From Calditrichia bacterium (GTDB lineage Bacteria; Calditrichota; Calditrichia; RBG-13-44-9; J075), in the NCBI GenBank assembly GCA_050633245.1, contig JBOEGD010000001.1, positions 304,883 through 368,882 on the forward strand: a DNA stretch of 64,000 nt. Reading direction: 5' to 3'. The notes beneath the pieces are model-generated. The model was not told the DNA's origin, searched no databases, and was given only the letters and a program-made list of their open reading frames with translations. Each line of letters begins with the position of its first letter. Position 1 is the first letter of the stretch. Position numbers and translations under genes: made by a program. Of this stretch, positions 1 to 9,508 are shown piece by piece.

Positions 1-488
1 GCAGTTGGTACAACCGCGCCGGTGTCGAGCGGGTAATGGGATTTGCCACTGCCGAGCAGGTGCAGGAATTTTATCGATCTTGCCCGGAATTTGAGCGAAT
101 GCTGGTGCGTTCAGGAATCATTTTAATTAAATATTGGTTCTCGGTAAGCGATGAGGAGCAGGAACGCCGTTTTGTGCAACGCATAACCGATCCGCTACGT
201 CGCTGGAAGATTAGCCCGATGGATGTAACGTCCCGTCAAAAGTGGGTAGACTATTCTCGCGCGAAAGATGCCATGCTTGACCATACAGATATTAAGCAGG
301 CCCCCTGGAATATTGTGAAGGCTGATGATAAAAAACGTGCTCGCTTAAACTGCATTCATCACCTGCTGAGTATGATTCCGTATAAAGAGATCGAATACGA
401 AACAATTGTGTTACCACCTCGACAAGAAGATGGCAGTTATGTGAGGCCGCCTATCAATGAGCAAACATTTGTGCCGGAAAAGTTTTAG
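1..488 (+). CDS. ppk2: Polyphosphate kinase 2 (5' end outside window)
   Basis: Frame is open from base 3: SWYNRAGVERVMGF, KYWFSVSDEEQERRF, WKISPMD, ADDKKRARLNCI are PPK2 motifs. Confidence 0.93.
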   Translation, partial: SWYNRAGVERVMGFATAEQVQEFYRSCPEFERMLVRSGIILIKYWFSVSDEEQERRFVQRITDPLRRWKISPMDVTSRQKWVDYSRAKDAMLDHTDIKQAPWNIVKADDKKRARLNCIHHLLSMIPYKEIEYETIVLPPRQEDGSYVRPPINEQTFVPEKF

Positions 489-580
489 TTCTGCTTGTAA
501 GCAATTGGCATAGCATTTTTTCACGATTTCCAGTATATTCCAATATTGAAACCACACCATTTGTATATAAAGAGGACTCT

Positions 581-1927
581 ATGCAGAACGATAAGCCCAA
601 GACGGGTCTGGACAAGTTACTCAGCCTGTTCACCGAAATGCGCGCCGGAGAAGGTACCACGGCGATATTGCTTACATTAAATGTCTTCATGATATTGACG
701 GCTTACTTAATAGCAAAAGTTGTAAGAGAGCCACTCATCTTAACGGGAGGTGGTGCAGCTATTAAAAGCTACTCGGCAGCTGCACAGGTCTTTGTTCTTA
801 TGGGAGCGGTGCAGCTCTATGGTTGGCTGGTGAATTACTTTGATCGGCGAACCTTATTGAATTACGTAACGACCTTTTTCGCAGCGAATATGATTCTTTT
901 CTATCTGATGTCTAACACCGGTCTTGCTGAAGGTCGCTGGTTGGGAATCGCTTTTTACGTATGGGTCGGGATTTTCAGCTTAACCATTATTTCTCAGTTT
1001 TGGGCGTTTGCCAACGATATTTATAAACCGGAGGAAGGTAATCGGCTTTTTGTCATTATTGCTTTCGGAGCTTCTGCTGGTGCCGTTGTCGGTCCGCTGA
1101 TTGCCAAGTTTTTGCTTGGCTACCTCGGTGTATATGAAATGCTGTTGGTTGCCTCGGCAATTTTGATGCTTAGCCTGATTATTACAAACTATGTTTATTC
1201 ACGTGAGGGCGCCCGGCTGGGTGAAGCGGATAGTTCAAAGCCAAAAGCGATAGTAAAAGAAGAACCAGCCGATAAAGGTGGTGCTTTTCAGGTATTACTT
1301 AAAAATCGTTACCTGCTGATGATTGCTTTTATGCTGCTTTTGACAAACTGGGTTAATACAACTGGTGAGTATATCATCGGTGAGGTGGTTTCCGGGCAGG
1401 CAGCTGCGGCCACGAGCACGGCTGCGGAAGAGGGCGCATACATAGGAAACTTTTATGCCGACTATTTTTCAATTGTAAATACGGTTGGATTAATACTTCA
1501 GTTGTTTGTGGTTTCGCGAATCATTGCCTGGTTTGGTGTACGCTTCGCCATTCTTATCCTTCCGGTGATCGCTCTTGGTGCATACTTTATTATTGCTCTG
1601 ATGCCAACGGTCTTAAGCGCCATTCGCTGGGCAAAAACAGCTGAGAACTCAACGGACTATTCGTTGAATAATACTGTTAGACAAATTCTCTTTCTACCTA
1701 CCACGCGGGAAGAAAAGTATAAGGCCAAGGTGGCAATCGATTCTTTCTTTGTTAGAGCAGGGGATATGTTGTCTGCTGGTTTGGTTTTTATAGGATTAAA
1801 TGTGTTAACGTTCAGTGTCTCACAATTTGCAATGGTAAACATTATTCTTGTTGGCGTTTGGTTGTTTCTGGCATTGGCCATTGGTCGCGAGAACAAGAAA
1901 CGTGTAGCGCTGATGGAACAATCTTAG
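581..1927 (+). CDS. NTT/TLC-family nucleotide (ATP/ADP) exchange transporter
   Basis: About 12 hydrophobic segments; KVVREPLIL, SQFWAFANDIY, ENSTDYSLNNT, EKYKAKVAIDSFFVRAGD motifs; GAGGA RBS. Confidence 0.85.
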   Translation: MQNDKPKTGLDKLLSLFTEMRAGEGTTAILLTLNVFMILTAYLIAKVVREPLILTGGGAAIKSYSAAAQVFVLMGAVQLYGWLVNYFDRRTLLNYVTTFFAANMILFYLMSNTGLAEGRWLGIAFYVWVGIFSLTIISQFWAFANDIYKPEEGNRLFVIIAFGASAGAVVGPLIAKFLLGYLGVYEMLLVASAILMLSLIITNYVYSREGARLGEADSSKPKAIVKEEPADKGGAFQVLLKNRYLLMIAFMLLLTNWVNTTGEYIIGEVVSGQAAAATSTAAEEGAYIGNFYADYFSIVNTVGLILQLFVVSRIIAWFGVRFAILILPVIALGAYFIIALMPTVLSAIRWAKTAENSTDYSLNNTVRQILFLPTTREEKYKAKVAIDSFFVRAGDMLSAGLVFIGLNVLTFSVSQFAMVNIILVGVWLFLALAIGRENKKRVALMEQS

Positions 1928-1951
1928 AACGCGTGTGAATTTGTAGAGATG

Positions 1952-1993
1952 CAATGCCGTAGAGCCGCACAATTGTGCGGCTCTACGGCATTG
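1952..1993. repeat. Perfect 42-bp palindrome with GTAG...CTAC REP-like core; probable terminator of ppk2-NTT
   Basis: CAATGCCGTAGAGCCGCACAA/TTGTGCGGCTCTACGGCATTG followed by a T-rich tract. Confidence 0.75.
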
Positions 1994-2020
1994 TTGTTTT
2001 CCATGATATTTGGTTTTTAC

Positions 2021-2084
2021 AAAAAAAAACGGCGGCCCGAGCAGAATTATTTATAACAATAAATAGGTCTGCTCAAGCCGCCGT
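2021..2084 (-). terminator. Long intrinsic terminator-like hairpin for a minus-strand transcript
   Basis: Minus strand ACGGCGGCTTGAGCAGA...TCTGCTCGGGCCGCCGT followed by a poly-T tract. Confidence 0.6.
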
Positions 2085-2602
2085 CGCGACGGCGCTACAT
2101 TCCGAAACTAAATGTGTTCCGGGTTATGCATAAGCATCACCGAACCGTAAAAGCATCGCGCTTTCAACGGACAGGAGTAGTATTATCCCAATACCATGAA
2201 ACTTGCAATAACGTCCGTCTCGGACGGCATTAGCTTGAGAAAAAATAATTCTTTGGATTCTTAGATCGGCTCCGGAAGACGAAGAAGGATGCTTCCAGGC
2301 GTGCTGTACTTATGCACTGTGATAGAATATATGTACAGATTTACTCAAAACAAAGCGTAAATCACATATTCTCGAATTAGATTTCAAATAATTTCGCTCA
2401 TTAAGCGTTTTTTGAGGATGAAATTGTTATTTCACATACTATTTAGGGTAGTTTTCAATAATAGTTATAAAAATTCGGCTTTTTGGACGTTATTCTCTCA
2501 AGTGCCAGAATATTTAATCCGACAAAAAGACTATAACGTAAATTATTATTTGCTTTTTTTCATCTTGTCGAAGATTAGTATATCTGGAATAGAGAGTAAA
2601 AG

Positions 2603-3274
2603 ATGATAGCTGCTAAAGAGAGTACGCCTCGACACGAGCAACTTAAGGGTTTGAGTCATGAATGCTTAGAGGGCATTGTTGTTGCTCTTCCGAGCGCTGT
2701 AGTGGTATTGTCTACGCGAGGGATTATCCAGTATATTAACCCGACAGGCAAAAAATTATTAGGCAAAGAAGTTGGACAGAGGTTGAGTCCTGAGTTTGGC
2801 AATGTGATTCAAAATTTGAAAACTACCGCTGGCTTAAACGCTATCATTAGTGATAAAAGAATGCACTCTTTTGATGCCCACCTGGCACCCTTCTTCTGGA
2901 ATGGAGAAAAAGCTCAGTTGTTAACGCTTCATGATATCACATCGTTGAAGGGAGAGGAAGCAGCAGCACGCGAAAGAGAACTTCTAAAAAATATTCAACA
3001 GTTGGCCGGCGCTATTGCTCATGAATTTTCACAGCCGTTACAGATTTTGGGGCACCTGTTGGAGATTATTGAGATGGATGGCTTAAGTAAAGGCCGTTTA
3101 GCAAAGTGCAAAAAGATGGTTTTTAGAATTACCGGTCTTGTTCGAAATATGCGCAATATGATTACTTTAAAAAAGCAACCATATCTCGACGATGAAATAA
3201 TTGACCTTCCCGCCTCTGCCTTGGCAGATATCATGAGTAAGAGGTTGAAATTAAATTCAACTCCGACGGCTTAG
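2603..3274 (+). CDS. PAS + HisKA (phospho-acceptor) protein lacking an HATPase domain
   Basis: PAS-like N-terminus (GIIQYINP) and H-box AHEFSQPL; protein ends about 80 aa after the His. Confidence 0.75.
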   Translation: MIAAKESTPRHEQLKGLSHECLEGIVVALPSAVVVLSTRGIIQYINPTGKKLLGKEVGQRLSPEFGNVIQNLKTTAGLNAIISDKRMHSFDAHLAPFFWNGEKAQLLTLHDITSLKGEEAAARERELLKNIQQLAGAIAHEFSQPLQILGHLLEIIEMDGLSKGRLAKCKKMVFRITGLVRNMRNMITLKKQPYLDDEIIDLPASALADIMSKRLKLNSTPTA

Positions 3275-3376
3275 CTTGCTCTCGATTTACGCCGGCCATA
3301 ACTTCGAAGTCAACAGGTTAATCGCGTGGCTTAAAATATTCTTGCTATTTTATTAGACAATTGCATAAATAGCAGC

Positions 3377-4204
3377 ATGCACGTCACTATTCAGGCACCT
3401 AATCAAATTCTTTCCCCTTACATAAAGCAGATGGTCTATTATACAGACTATGTGCCAGACTACTTTGCAACGCGCATGCTTCCCGAACCATCAATCGAGC
3501 TTTTATTTGCCCTAGACGAGCAGCCACGTCATTTTTCAAAGGATAGAAATACACAATTTTCTTGCAAAGGTGTATTTGTTGCCGGCATGCAGCGTGCTCC
3601 TCTGGTTGCCAAAGCCTCGGGGAAAACCATGCTGGTTGTTACATTTAAGCCTGGCGGCAGCTCACCTTTCTTACATCTTCCGCAATCTGAATTAAACGAT
3701 TTGTTTGTTGACGCAGACCTTATCTTTGGTAAAAAGATTTGGCAGTTGCGAGAGTGTTTGTTGGAATGCAAAACAGTGCAGAAGATGTTTTCCCTGACGG
3801 AACAGTTTCTATTGAAATGCATGGTGTCGACGAATACACATCAGATAATTCAAGAGTCTGTGAAAAGGCTACAGTCAGGGAGTGATCGTATGAGCATTCG
3901 CGGTCTGTCTCGCATGAGTGGCTATTCGCAAAAACAATTTATTGCTTTGTTTAAACAGCATGTTGGAATAACGCCTAAGCTGTACCAGAGGCTGAATCGC
4001 TTCAATATGGCTCTCGATGAGATCTATGCTGCTGTGGAACCGGACTGGCACACTATTGCCTACACTTTTGGATTTTTCGATCAAGCTCATTTTATCAACG
4101 AGTTTAAGACATTCTCCGGAAGTTCGCCAACGGTGTACTTGCGAAGTAAAGGGGACTATCCAAACTATGTTCCTCTTTATGAGAAAACAGATTCGGCTGT
4201 TTAA
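3377..4204 (+). CDS. AraC-family transcriptional regulator
   Basis: C-terminal FKQHVGITPK and FGFFDQAHFINEFKTFSGSSP HTH signatures. Confidence 0.9.
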   Translation: MHVTIQAPNQILSPYIKQMVYYTDYVPDYFATRMLPEPSIELLFALDEQPRHFSKDRNTQFSCKGVFVAGMQRAPLVAKASGKTMLVVTFKPGGSSPFLHLPQSELNDLFVDADLIFGKKIWQLRECLLECKTVQKMFSLTEQFLLKCMVSTNTHQIIQESVKRLQSGSDRMSIRGLSRMSGYSQKQFIALFKQHVGITPKLYQRLNRFNMALDEIYAAVEPDWHTIAYTFGFFDQAHFINEFKTFSGSSPTVYLRSKGDYPNYVPLYEKTDSAV

Positions 4205-4290
4205 CTTAATTGTTCACTTCAGGTAAATTTCTTCCAATACATCTATCAGGGCGTTGCTTAAGTTGATTCAAAAAAACTGAGGGGTGCCCT

Positions 4291-4821
4291 GTGCAGCAAT
4301 TAATTTATTACGTGGCAATGTCACTCGATGGCTTTATTGCCAGAGAGAATGGAGATTTTTCAGATTTTACCATGGATGATGAAATTATCACACACTTTGT
4401 TGAAACGCTTGGTGTTTTTGGCACCGTTTTAATGGGACGAAATACCTATAACATTGGATTGCGTGAAGGAAAAGCCAATCCATATCCGATGCTCGACACC
4501 TACGTACTATCGCGCTCACTTACGCAGGCGAAGTATAAGGAAGTAACAATCCTTTCGACTGATTTTGCAGAGACAGTAATGCAGTTAAAGGAGAAAGCGC
4601 AAAAACCGATCTGGCTTTGTGGAGGTAGCGACGTGTCTGCGCAATTTCTCAAGGCAAACTTAATCGATGAGATTTGGGTGAAGGTAAATCCGATCTTGCT
4701 TGGCCAGGGAATTCCCCTGTTCCGATCGCAGAAACTTCATTCTAAGCTGACTTGTGAAGATAAAGTCGATTTTAATTCCGGGGTGATACTTCTAAAATAT
4801 TCTGTGAAGGATGAGAGGTGA
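4291..4821 (+). CDS. Dihydrofolate reductase-like / RibD C-terminal domain protein
   Basis: AMSLDGFIA, LMGRNTY, IWLCGGS, PILLGQGIPLF. Confidence 0.88.
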   Translation: MQQLIYYVAMSLDGFIARENGDFSDFTMDDEIITHFVETLGVFGTVLMGRNTYNIGLREGKANPYPMLDTYVLSRSLTQAKYKEVTILSTDFAETVMQLKEKAQKPIWLCGGSDVSAQFLKANLIDEIWVKVNPILLGQGIPLFRSQKLHSKLTCEDKVDFNSGVILLKYSVKDER

Positions 4822-4846
4822 ACGAAATCTGGCGTTCACCCCTCAT
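4811..4846. terminator. Hairpin between convergent genes
   Basis: ATGAGAGGTGAACG...CGTTCACCCCTCAT. Confidence 0.55.
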
Positions 4847-4857
4847 TATTCAATTTT

Positions 4858-7086
4858 TTATCTAACCAACAACATCTTACGTGTTTGTGCTACACCACCG
4901 ATGTCCAGTTTGTAGAAATACACACCGCTTTTCAGATCTTCCGCATTGAGAACAAAAGAATGCTGGCCGGATGATTTGCGTCCCCTAACCAACTGTTCTA
5001 CTTCGCGTCCCAGAACATCGAAGAGGGTAAGACTAATGTCCGCTGCAGAATTGAGTGAATAGGAGATCGTCGTAGACGGATTGAATGGGTTAGGGTAATT
5101 CTGCTCCAAAACAAAGGTTTGAAGCGGCAGCCTCTCAGCGCCTATGCCAGTGAGGATTGACTGCTGCATTTGCAGTGTAACCGGTATCTCGAGCATCGGT
5201 TGATTTAGTGCATTGCTGCCGATGGCAATTATGGCTTGCGTTGTTGTGTCGCTCATGATAGCATGGAGTGAAACAAACAGTGTATCCTGAGCTGTGGCTA
5301 CAGTGCTTCCAACAACCTTTTCGCCGAGCTTAATCCATGCTGGCGGCGGTGTTACGCCCAGATCATAACGCGCAATAAAACCTTCCGGTGCAGTGAAGCT
5401 ATTGTTTTTCTGCAGGCCGACAATCTCAATGCGGTTTGTTGTATAATTCGGTTGGATTACTGCTGCTTCCGGAAAGTTCAAACCGGAGCCATAGTCAACA
5501 CCACTAAAGCTGAGGCCGGTTGGAACGCCGGATGTAGGGTTCAGTTGAATTGCTTCACAGTTGGAACCGGTCGTTGATGCGCTGCGAACCCACGCCCAAA
5601 GAAAAGGTCCGTTCGGGGAAAAATTGTCCCACGCCAGACCTTCGATATCGAAAGGTGTGATCATAAACCGCACCTGGTTTCCCTGTAGATCAATTACTTC
5701 GATTGCGCCATTGCCATTGCTGATGAGCAGTTCACGGTTGTTTGGATCAAACGTCATTGCGTCGGCAGTAATGCTTCCGGTGACGATGTTATTAACAACT
5801 GCTGTTGAGTCTATCGACCAGACGGTAATGGAGTAGGTGTCATTGCCGTAGATGTTATCTCCATCCGAGGCGATGGAGGACCAGCCTTGAGCAGAAAGAG
5901 AACCAACGGGATAGGTTGCTACAAGCACGCCGCTGCGATCAATCTTAAACAATTTCTTCTGATCAAAACCAATCTTTCCTGATACCCAATAGTGGTCACG
6001 AGCAAAGGTCAGACCGTATACAGAAACGTCGTTTGTATCTATTGCCGCGATTACATCGACTGCGCCCAGAGTATCGCCGGGTTGACCGGCAGAAGTGTCG
6101 GTGCTTTGAGCAAATGCACGCCAGCTTAGCGCTGTGGTTCCGTTATTTGTGATAACAACCGGGACGGTAAGGCTGTCGCCAAAATTCACCTGTGCGCTAA
6201 TTGAGGCAGGTGAAACGGAGATGTCCGGACCTGAAGCTCCCTGACCACGTAAATCGGCATCATAGGCTACAATCCAATCCAGGCCATCGGTTGTTTGCAT
6301 GGCTCCTGTTTGTATTGCGGCAATTGTGATCTTGCTGGTGTCAAGTTCGCTGGTCATGACAATGCCAGCCGGATTATCCAGTGCAATCGGACTGCGATTT
6401 GTTATTTCAATTTCAACACCTGTAAAGCTTCCGGTTGCGGGGCTGAACTGCCGCATCACTCTGCGGGAATCCCAGCCTATTTCTTCTCTGCTAAATGTCC
6501 AGAGAAAAGGACCACCAGGAGACCAGCTGTCCCAAGTTAAGGACGTCGTATAATCAGTCGTATTGTTTGGATAGCTGTTTAAAATGTTTCCGTTGCGATC
6601 CATCTGGTAAATGATTTGAAGCTGAGCATTGCGTTGCGGGATGGTCCAGAAGTGATCGCCGACCGGGTCGTATGCCAGGCCCTGAATAAGCAAGTAGCCG
6701 AAGTCTGCGGCAAAGCCGCCTCCGGTTCGAGTTCCGGTTGCCGGGTCGAGCTCAATTACAGAATCGCGATCGGTAACGTAGAGATATTGTCCATCGTATG
6801 CGAGATCGAAATAGGCGTGATAACCACTTCCCAACGATATGCTGCTTATCAGGGTCGATCCGTCCGAGCTATATCGATAGAGCTGGTGATCGTACGTGGG
6901 AGGGTTAAAGCCGGTTACCCAGAAATTGTCGTTAAAGAACTCAATGCCAACGAGTCCTCGATCCGGGGAGGGCGTCATAACGCCTGCGTTAAATGAAAAA
7001 AGAGTGTCGCCAAAAGTCGTGGTTTGTGAATGGGCGGGAATTAATAAGCAAACCAGACAAAGTACTACCAGCAGGTTCTTAGCCAT
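4858..7086 (-). CDS. Secreted protein with two related beta-propeller-like modules, Ig-like spacers and a T9SS type-A CTD
   Basis: Signal peptide; internal repeat LTWDSWSPGGPFLW / LAWDNFSPNGPFLW; QNYPNPFNPSTTI...KMLLVR C-terminus. Confidence 0.8.
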   Translation of the reverse strand: MAKNLLVVLCLVCLLIPAHSQTTTFGDTLFSFNAGVMTPSPDRGLVGIEFFNDNFWVTGFNPPTYDHQLYRYSSDGSTLISSISLGSGYHAYFDLAYDGQYLYVTDRDSVIELDPATGTRTGGGFAADFGYLLIQGLAYDPVGDHFWTIPQRNAQLQIIYQMDRNGNILNSYPNNTTDYTTSLTWDSWSPGGPFLWTFSREEIGWDSRRVMRQFSPATGSFTGVEIEITNRSPIALDNPAGIVMTSELDTSKITIAAIQTGAMQTTDGLDWIVAYDADLRGQGASGPDISVSPASISAQVNFGDSLTVPVVITNNGTTALSWRAFAQSTDTSAGQPGDTLGAVDVIAAIDTNDVSVYGLTFARDHYWVSGKIGFDQKKLFKIDRSGVLVATYPVGSLSAQGWSSIASDGDNIYGNDTYSITVWSIDSTAVVNNIVTGSITADAMTFDPNNRELLISNGNGAIEVIDLQGNQVRFMITPFDIEGLAWDNFSPNGPFLWAWVRSASTTGSNCEAIQLNPTSGVPTGLSFSGVDYGSGLNFPEAAVIQPNYTTNRIEIVGLQKNNSFTAPEGFIARYDLGVTPPPAWIKLGEKVVGSTVATAQDTLFVSLHAIMSDTTTQAIIAIGSNALNQPMLEIPVTLQMQQSILTGIGAERLPLQTFVLEQNYPNPFNPSTTISYSLNSAADISLTLFDVLGREVEQLVRGRKSSGQHSFVLNAEDLKSGVYFYKLDIGGVAQTRKMLLVR

Positions 7087-7245
7087 GATAATATCCTGAG
7101 TTTGGTTAATGGATTTTGGGTTGTCTTATGATAACAATCATACACAGAAAATGGAAGTGTAGAAAATTTTTGTCTGGTCGAATTGACACGATTATTTTAA
7201 GGCAACCCCAGAGCATTAACTGTGGGGTTGCATACGTTATTAGCT

Positions 7246-9483
7246 CTAGTTTACTATTTTGAACTCTCCGTGAACCCCTTCATCCGAATTTGGAGCAATC
7301 CACACGTCAAACATACCCGGTTCAACGACATAGCCCTTTTGCGGGTGAAAGAAGCCGAGCTCTGCGGCTTTGAGTTGAAATTTAACCTGTTTGCTTTCAC
7401 CTGGCTTTAAATGGATTTTCTGATACCCCTTTAGCTGGCGAAGCGGGCGAGTGAGGCTGCCAACGCGATCGCGAACGTAAAGCTGAACCACTTCTTTTGC
7501 CGCTGTTTTGCCTGAATTTCGAATGGTTGCAGATACCATGATGTTTTCACCTTTTGAAAGTGACGCTGCGGAAAGCTGTAGACTTTCATAGGTGAAGCTG
7601 GTGTATGAAAGCCCAAACCCGAAGGAATAGGCTGGTTTATAACCAATGTCCAGATAGCGTGCGGCATCGCCGAGCGAGCTTTGATAAGCGCGAACCGGAA
7701 TATCATCCATCATGGTAAGCTTGCGGGCCTGAGGCGGCCTGCCGGTATTTTTGCGGGCATAATATACCGGAATTTGTCCTTCCGCTTTTGGGAAGGTTAT
7801 TGTCAGCTTTCCCGATGGGGACTCTACACCAAAGAGCAAATCTGAAACTGCCGGTCCTCCCATGGTGCCCGGATGCCAGCCATACAGAATGGCGTTCACC
7901 TTTTCTTTGAAGGCCTGAAAAACTAAGGGGCGACCAGCCATAATAACGAGCGCTATCGGTTTGCCGGTTTCTGCGATGGCATCGATCAACGCACTTTGCG
8001 CCCCGGGTAAATCTAAATAGGCTCTACTATGAGCTTCTCCTGAAAGGATTGCTTCTTCCCCGACAAATAGCAAAACAACATCCGATTTCTTAGCTGCTTC
8101 AACGGCTGCGGGGAAACCGCTGGTGCTTTTATCGCGCGAATGAGTCAGCCCCTGCGCATAGTGAATAGAACGCTTCTTAGCATCATGTTTGCGAATCGCT
8201 GCCAGTGGCGTCACGCTTTCTTCCGGTATGCCGTCGCGATTCCAGGTGCCGAGCATTTCATATCCATCATCTGCCATCGGACCGATAACCGCAATCGATT
8301 TCATATTTGATTCAAGTGGCAGGATACCGTCGTTCTCAAGTAAAACCATGCTCTCCAGAGCAGACTGTTTGGCAATCTGTAACGCTTTTTTTGATGGTGG
8401 CCGGTGCGCTTCTGTTTTGTAAGGCGACACCTTTTTAAACAGACCCAGATCAAACTTTAGCTGTAATATGCGCCTGACTGCACCATCGATTAATGCTACG
8501 TCTACCTTGCCATCTTTAACCAGCTTAGCCAGATGGTCTGTGTAGGCATCGCTCTGCATTTCCATATCGACACCGGCTTCAATTGATTGTTGCGCAACAT
8601 CCGGTAGATCTTCGGAATACCCATGGGCGATCATTTCCTCCATTGAACGCCAGTCGCTGACGACAACGCCCGGAAATTTCCATTCATCTTTAAGGATTTC
8701 TCGCACTAAACGTTTGTTGCCGGAGGCGGGTACGCCGTTTATCTCGTTAAAGGATGTCATAACCGTTGCGGCACCGACATCTACGCTTGCTTTAAACGGT
8801 GGTAAATAGATCTCGCGTAATAAATACTCCGGGATGATCGCAGTATCATAGTCTCTTCCACCTTCTGCAGCACCATAGCCAACAAAATGTTTTGCACATG
8901 CAGCAATCGTGTTGGACGCACTTAAATCGTCACCTTGAAATCCTTTAACCATTGCAGCTGAAAGGAAGCTTGCCAGCCATGGATCTTCGCCGAACCCTTC
9001 TGCAATTCGACCCCAGCGCGGATCACGCGTGACGTCCATCATGGGGGCAAATGTCCAGTGAAAGCCGGCTCGGGCTGCTTCCTCTGCAGCAATCGCTGCA
9101 GCATCCTCAACGAGTTTGGCATTCCACGCAGATGCCTGTCCCAGCGGGATTGGAAATATGGTGCGAAAACCATGGATCACGTCCCGCGCCATAATGATGG
9201 GGATGCCCAAACGACTTTCTTCCCGGGCAATGCGCTGAATTTCGGCGCTCGCCTCCGGTACCACTTCATTCAGCATCGAGCCGATTTTTCCGGTGCGTAA
9301 CTTCTCCTTCAGATCGTCCGATATCTCTCCGTTGAAGTCGTTTATTTGCACCATCTGTCCGATCTTCTCATCGAGCGTCATGCGCTTTAATAGGGCTTCA
9401 ACGTCATTTGATTGCGAAAAAAGTTGAAAGCTGAGGCAGAGTAGAATGGCAAGTGTAATGCGATTGAGATGAGTTGTAAGCAT
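7246..9483 (-). CDS. bglX: GH3 beta-glucosidase (BglX-like), exported
   Basis: MTLDEKIGQM, DVIHG, RDPRWGR, KHFVGYG, VSDW nucleophile, Fn3-like C-terminus. Confidence 0.9.
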   Translation of the reverse strand: MLTTHLNRITLAILLCLSFQLFSQSNDVEALLKRMTLDEKIGQMVQINDFNGEISDDLKEKLRTGKIGSMLNEVVPEASAEIQRIAREESRLGIPIIMARDVIHGFRTIFPIPLGQASAWNAKLVEDAAAIAAEEAARAGFHWTFAPMMDVTRDPRWGRIAEGFGEDPWLASFLSAAMVKGFQGDDLSASNTIAACAKHFVGYGAAEGGRDYDTAIIPEYLLREIYLPPFKASVDVGAATVMTSFNEINGVPASGNKRLVREILKDEWKFPGVVVSDWRSMEEMIAHGYSEDLPDVAQQSIEAGVDMEMQSDAYTDHLAKLVKDGKVDVALIDGAVRRILQLKFDLGLFKKVSPYKTEAHRPPSKKALQIAKQSALESMVLLENDGILPLESNMKSIAVIGPMADDGYEMLGTWNRDGIPEESVTPLAAIRKHDAKKRSIHYAQGLTHSRDKSTSGFPAAVEAAKKSDVVLLFVGEEAILSGEAHSRAYLDLPGAQSALIDAIAETGKPIALVIMAGRPLVFQAFKEKVNAILYGWHPGTMGGPAVSDLLFGVESPSGKLTITFPKAEGQIPVYYARKNTGRPPQARKLTMMDDIPVRAYQSSLGDAARYLDIGYKPAYSFGFGLSYTSFTYESLQLSAASLSKGENIMVSATIRNSGKTAAKEVVQLYVRDRVGSLTRPLRQLKGYQKIHLKPGESKQVKFQLKAAELGFFHPQKGYVVEPGMFDVWIAPNSDEGVHGEFKIVN

Positions 9484-9508
9484 TGCGTGATCCTTTTTTC
9501 AAATGCAA

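Noticed and set aside
2412-2606. 64-aa ORF upstream of the PAS-HisKA gene
   Set aside because: TTG start, AT-rich promoter-like DNA and no recognisable motif
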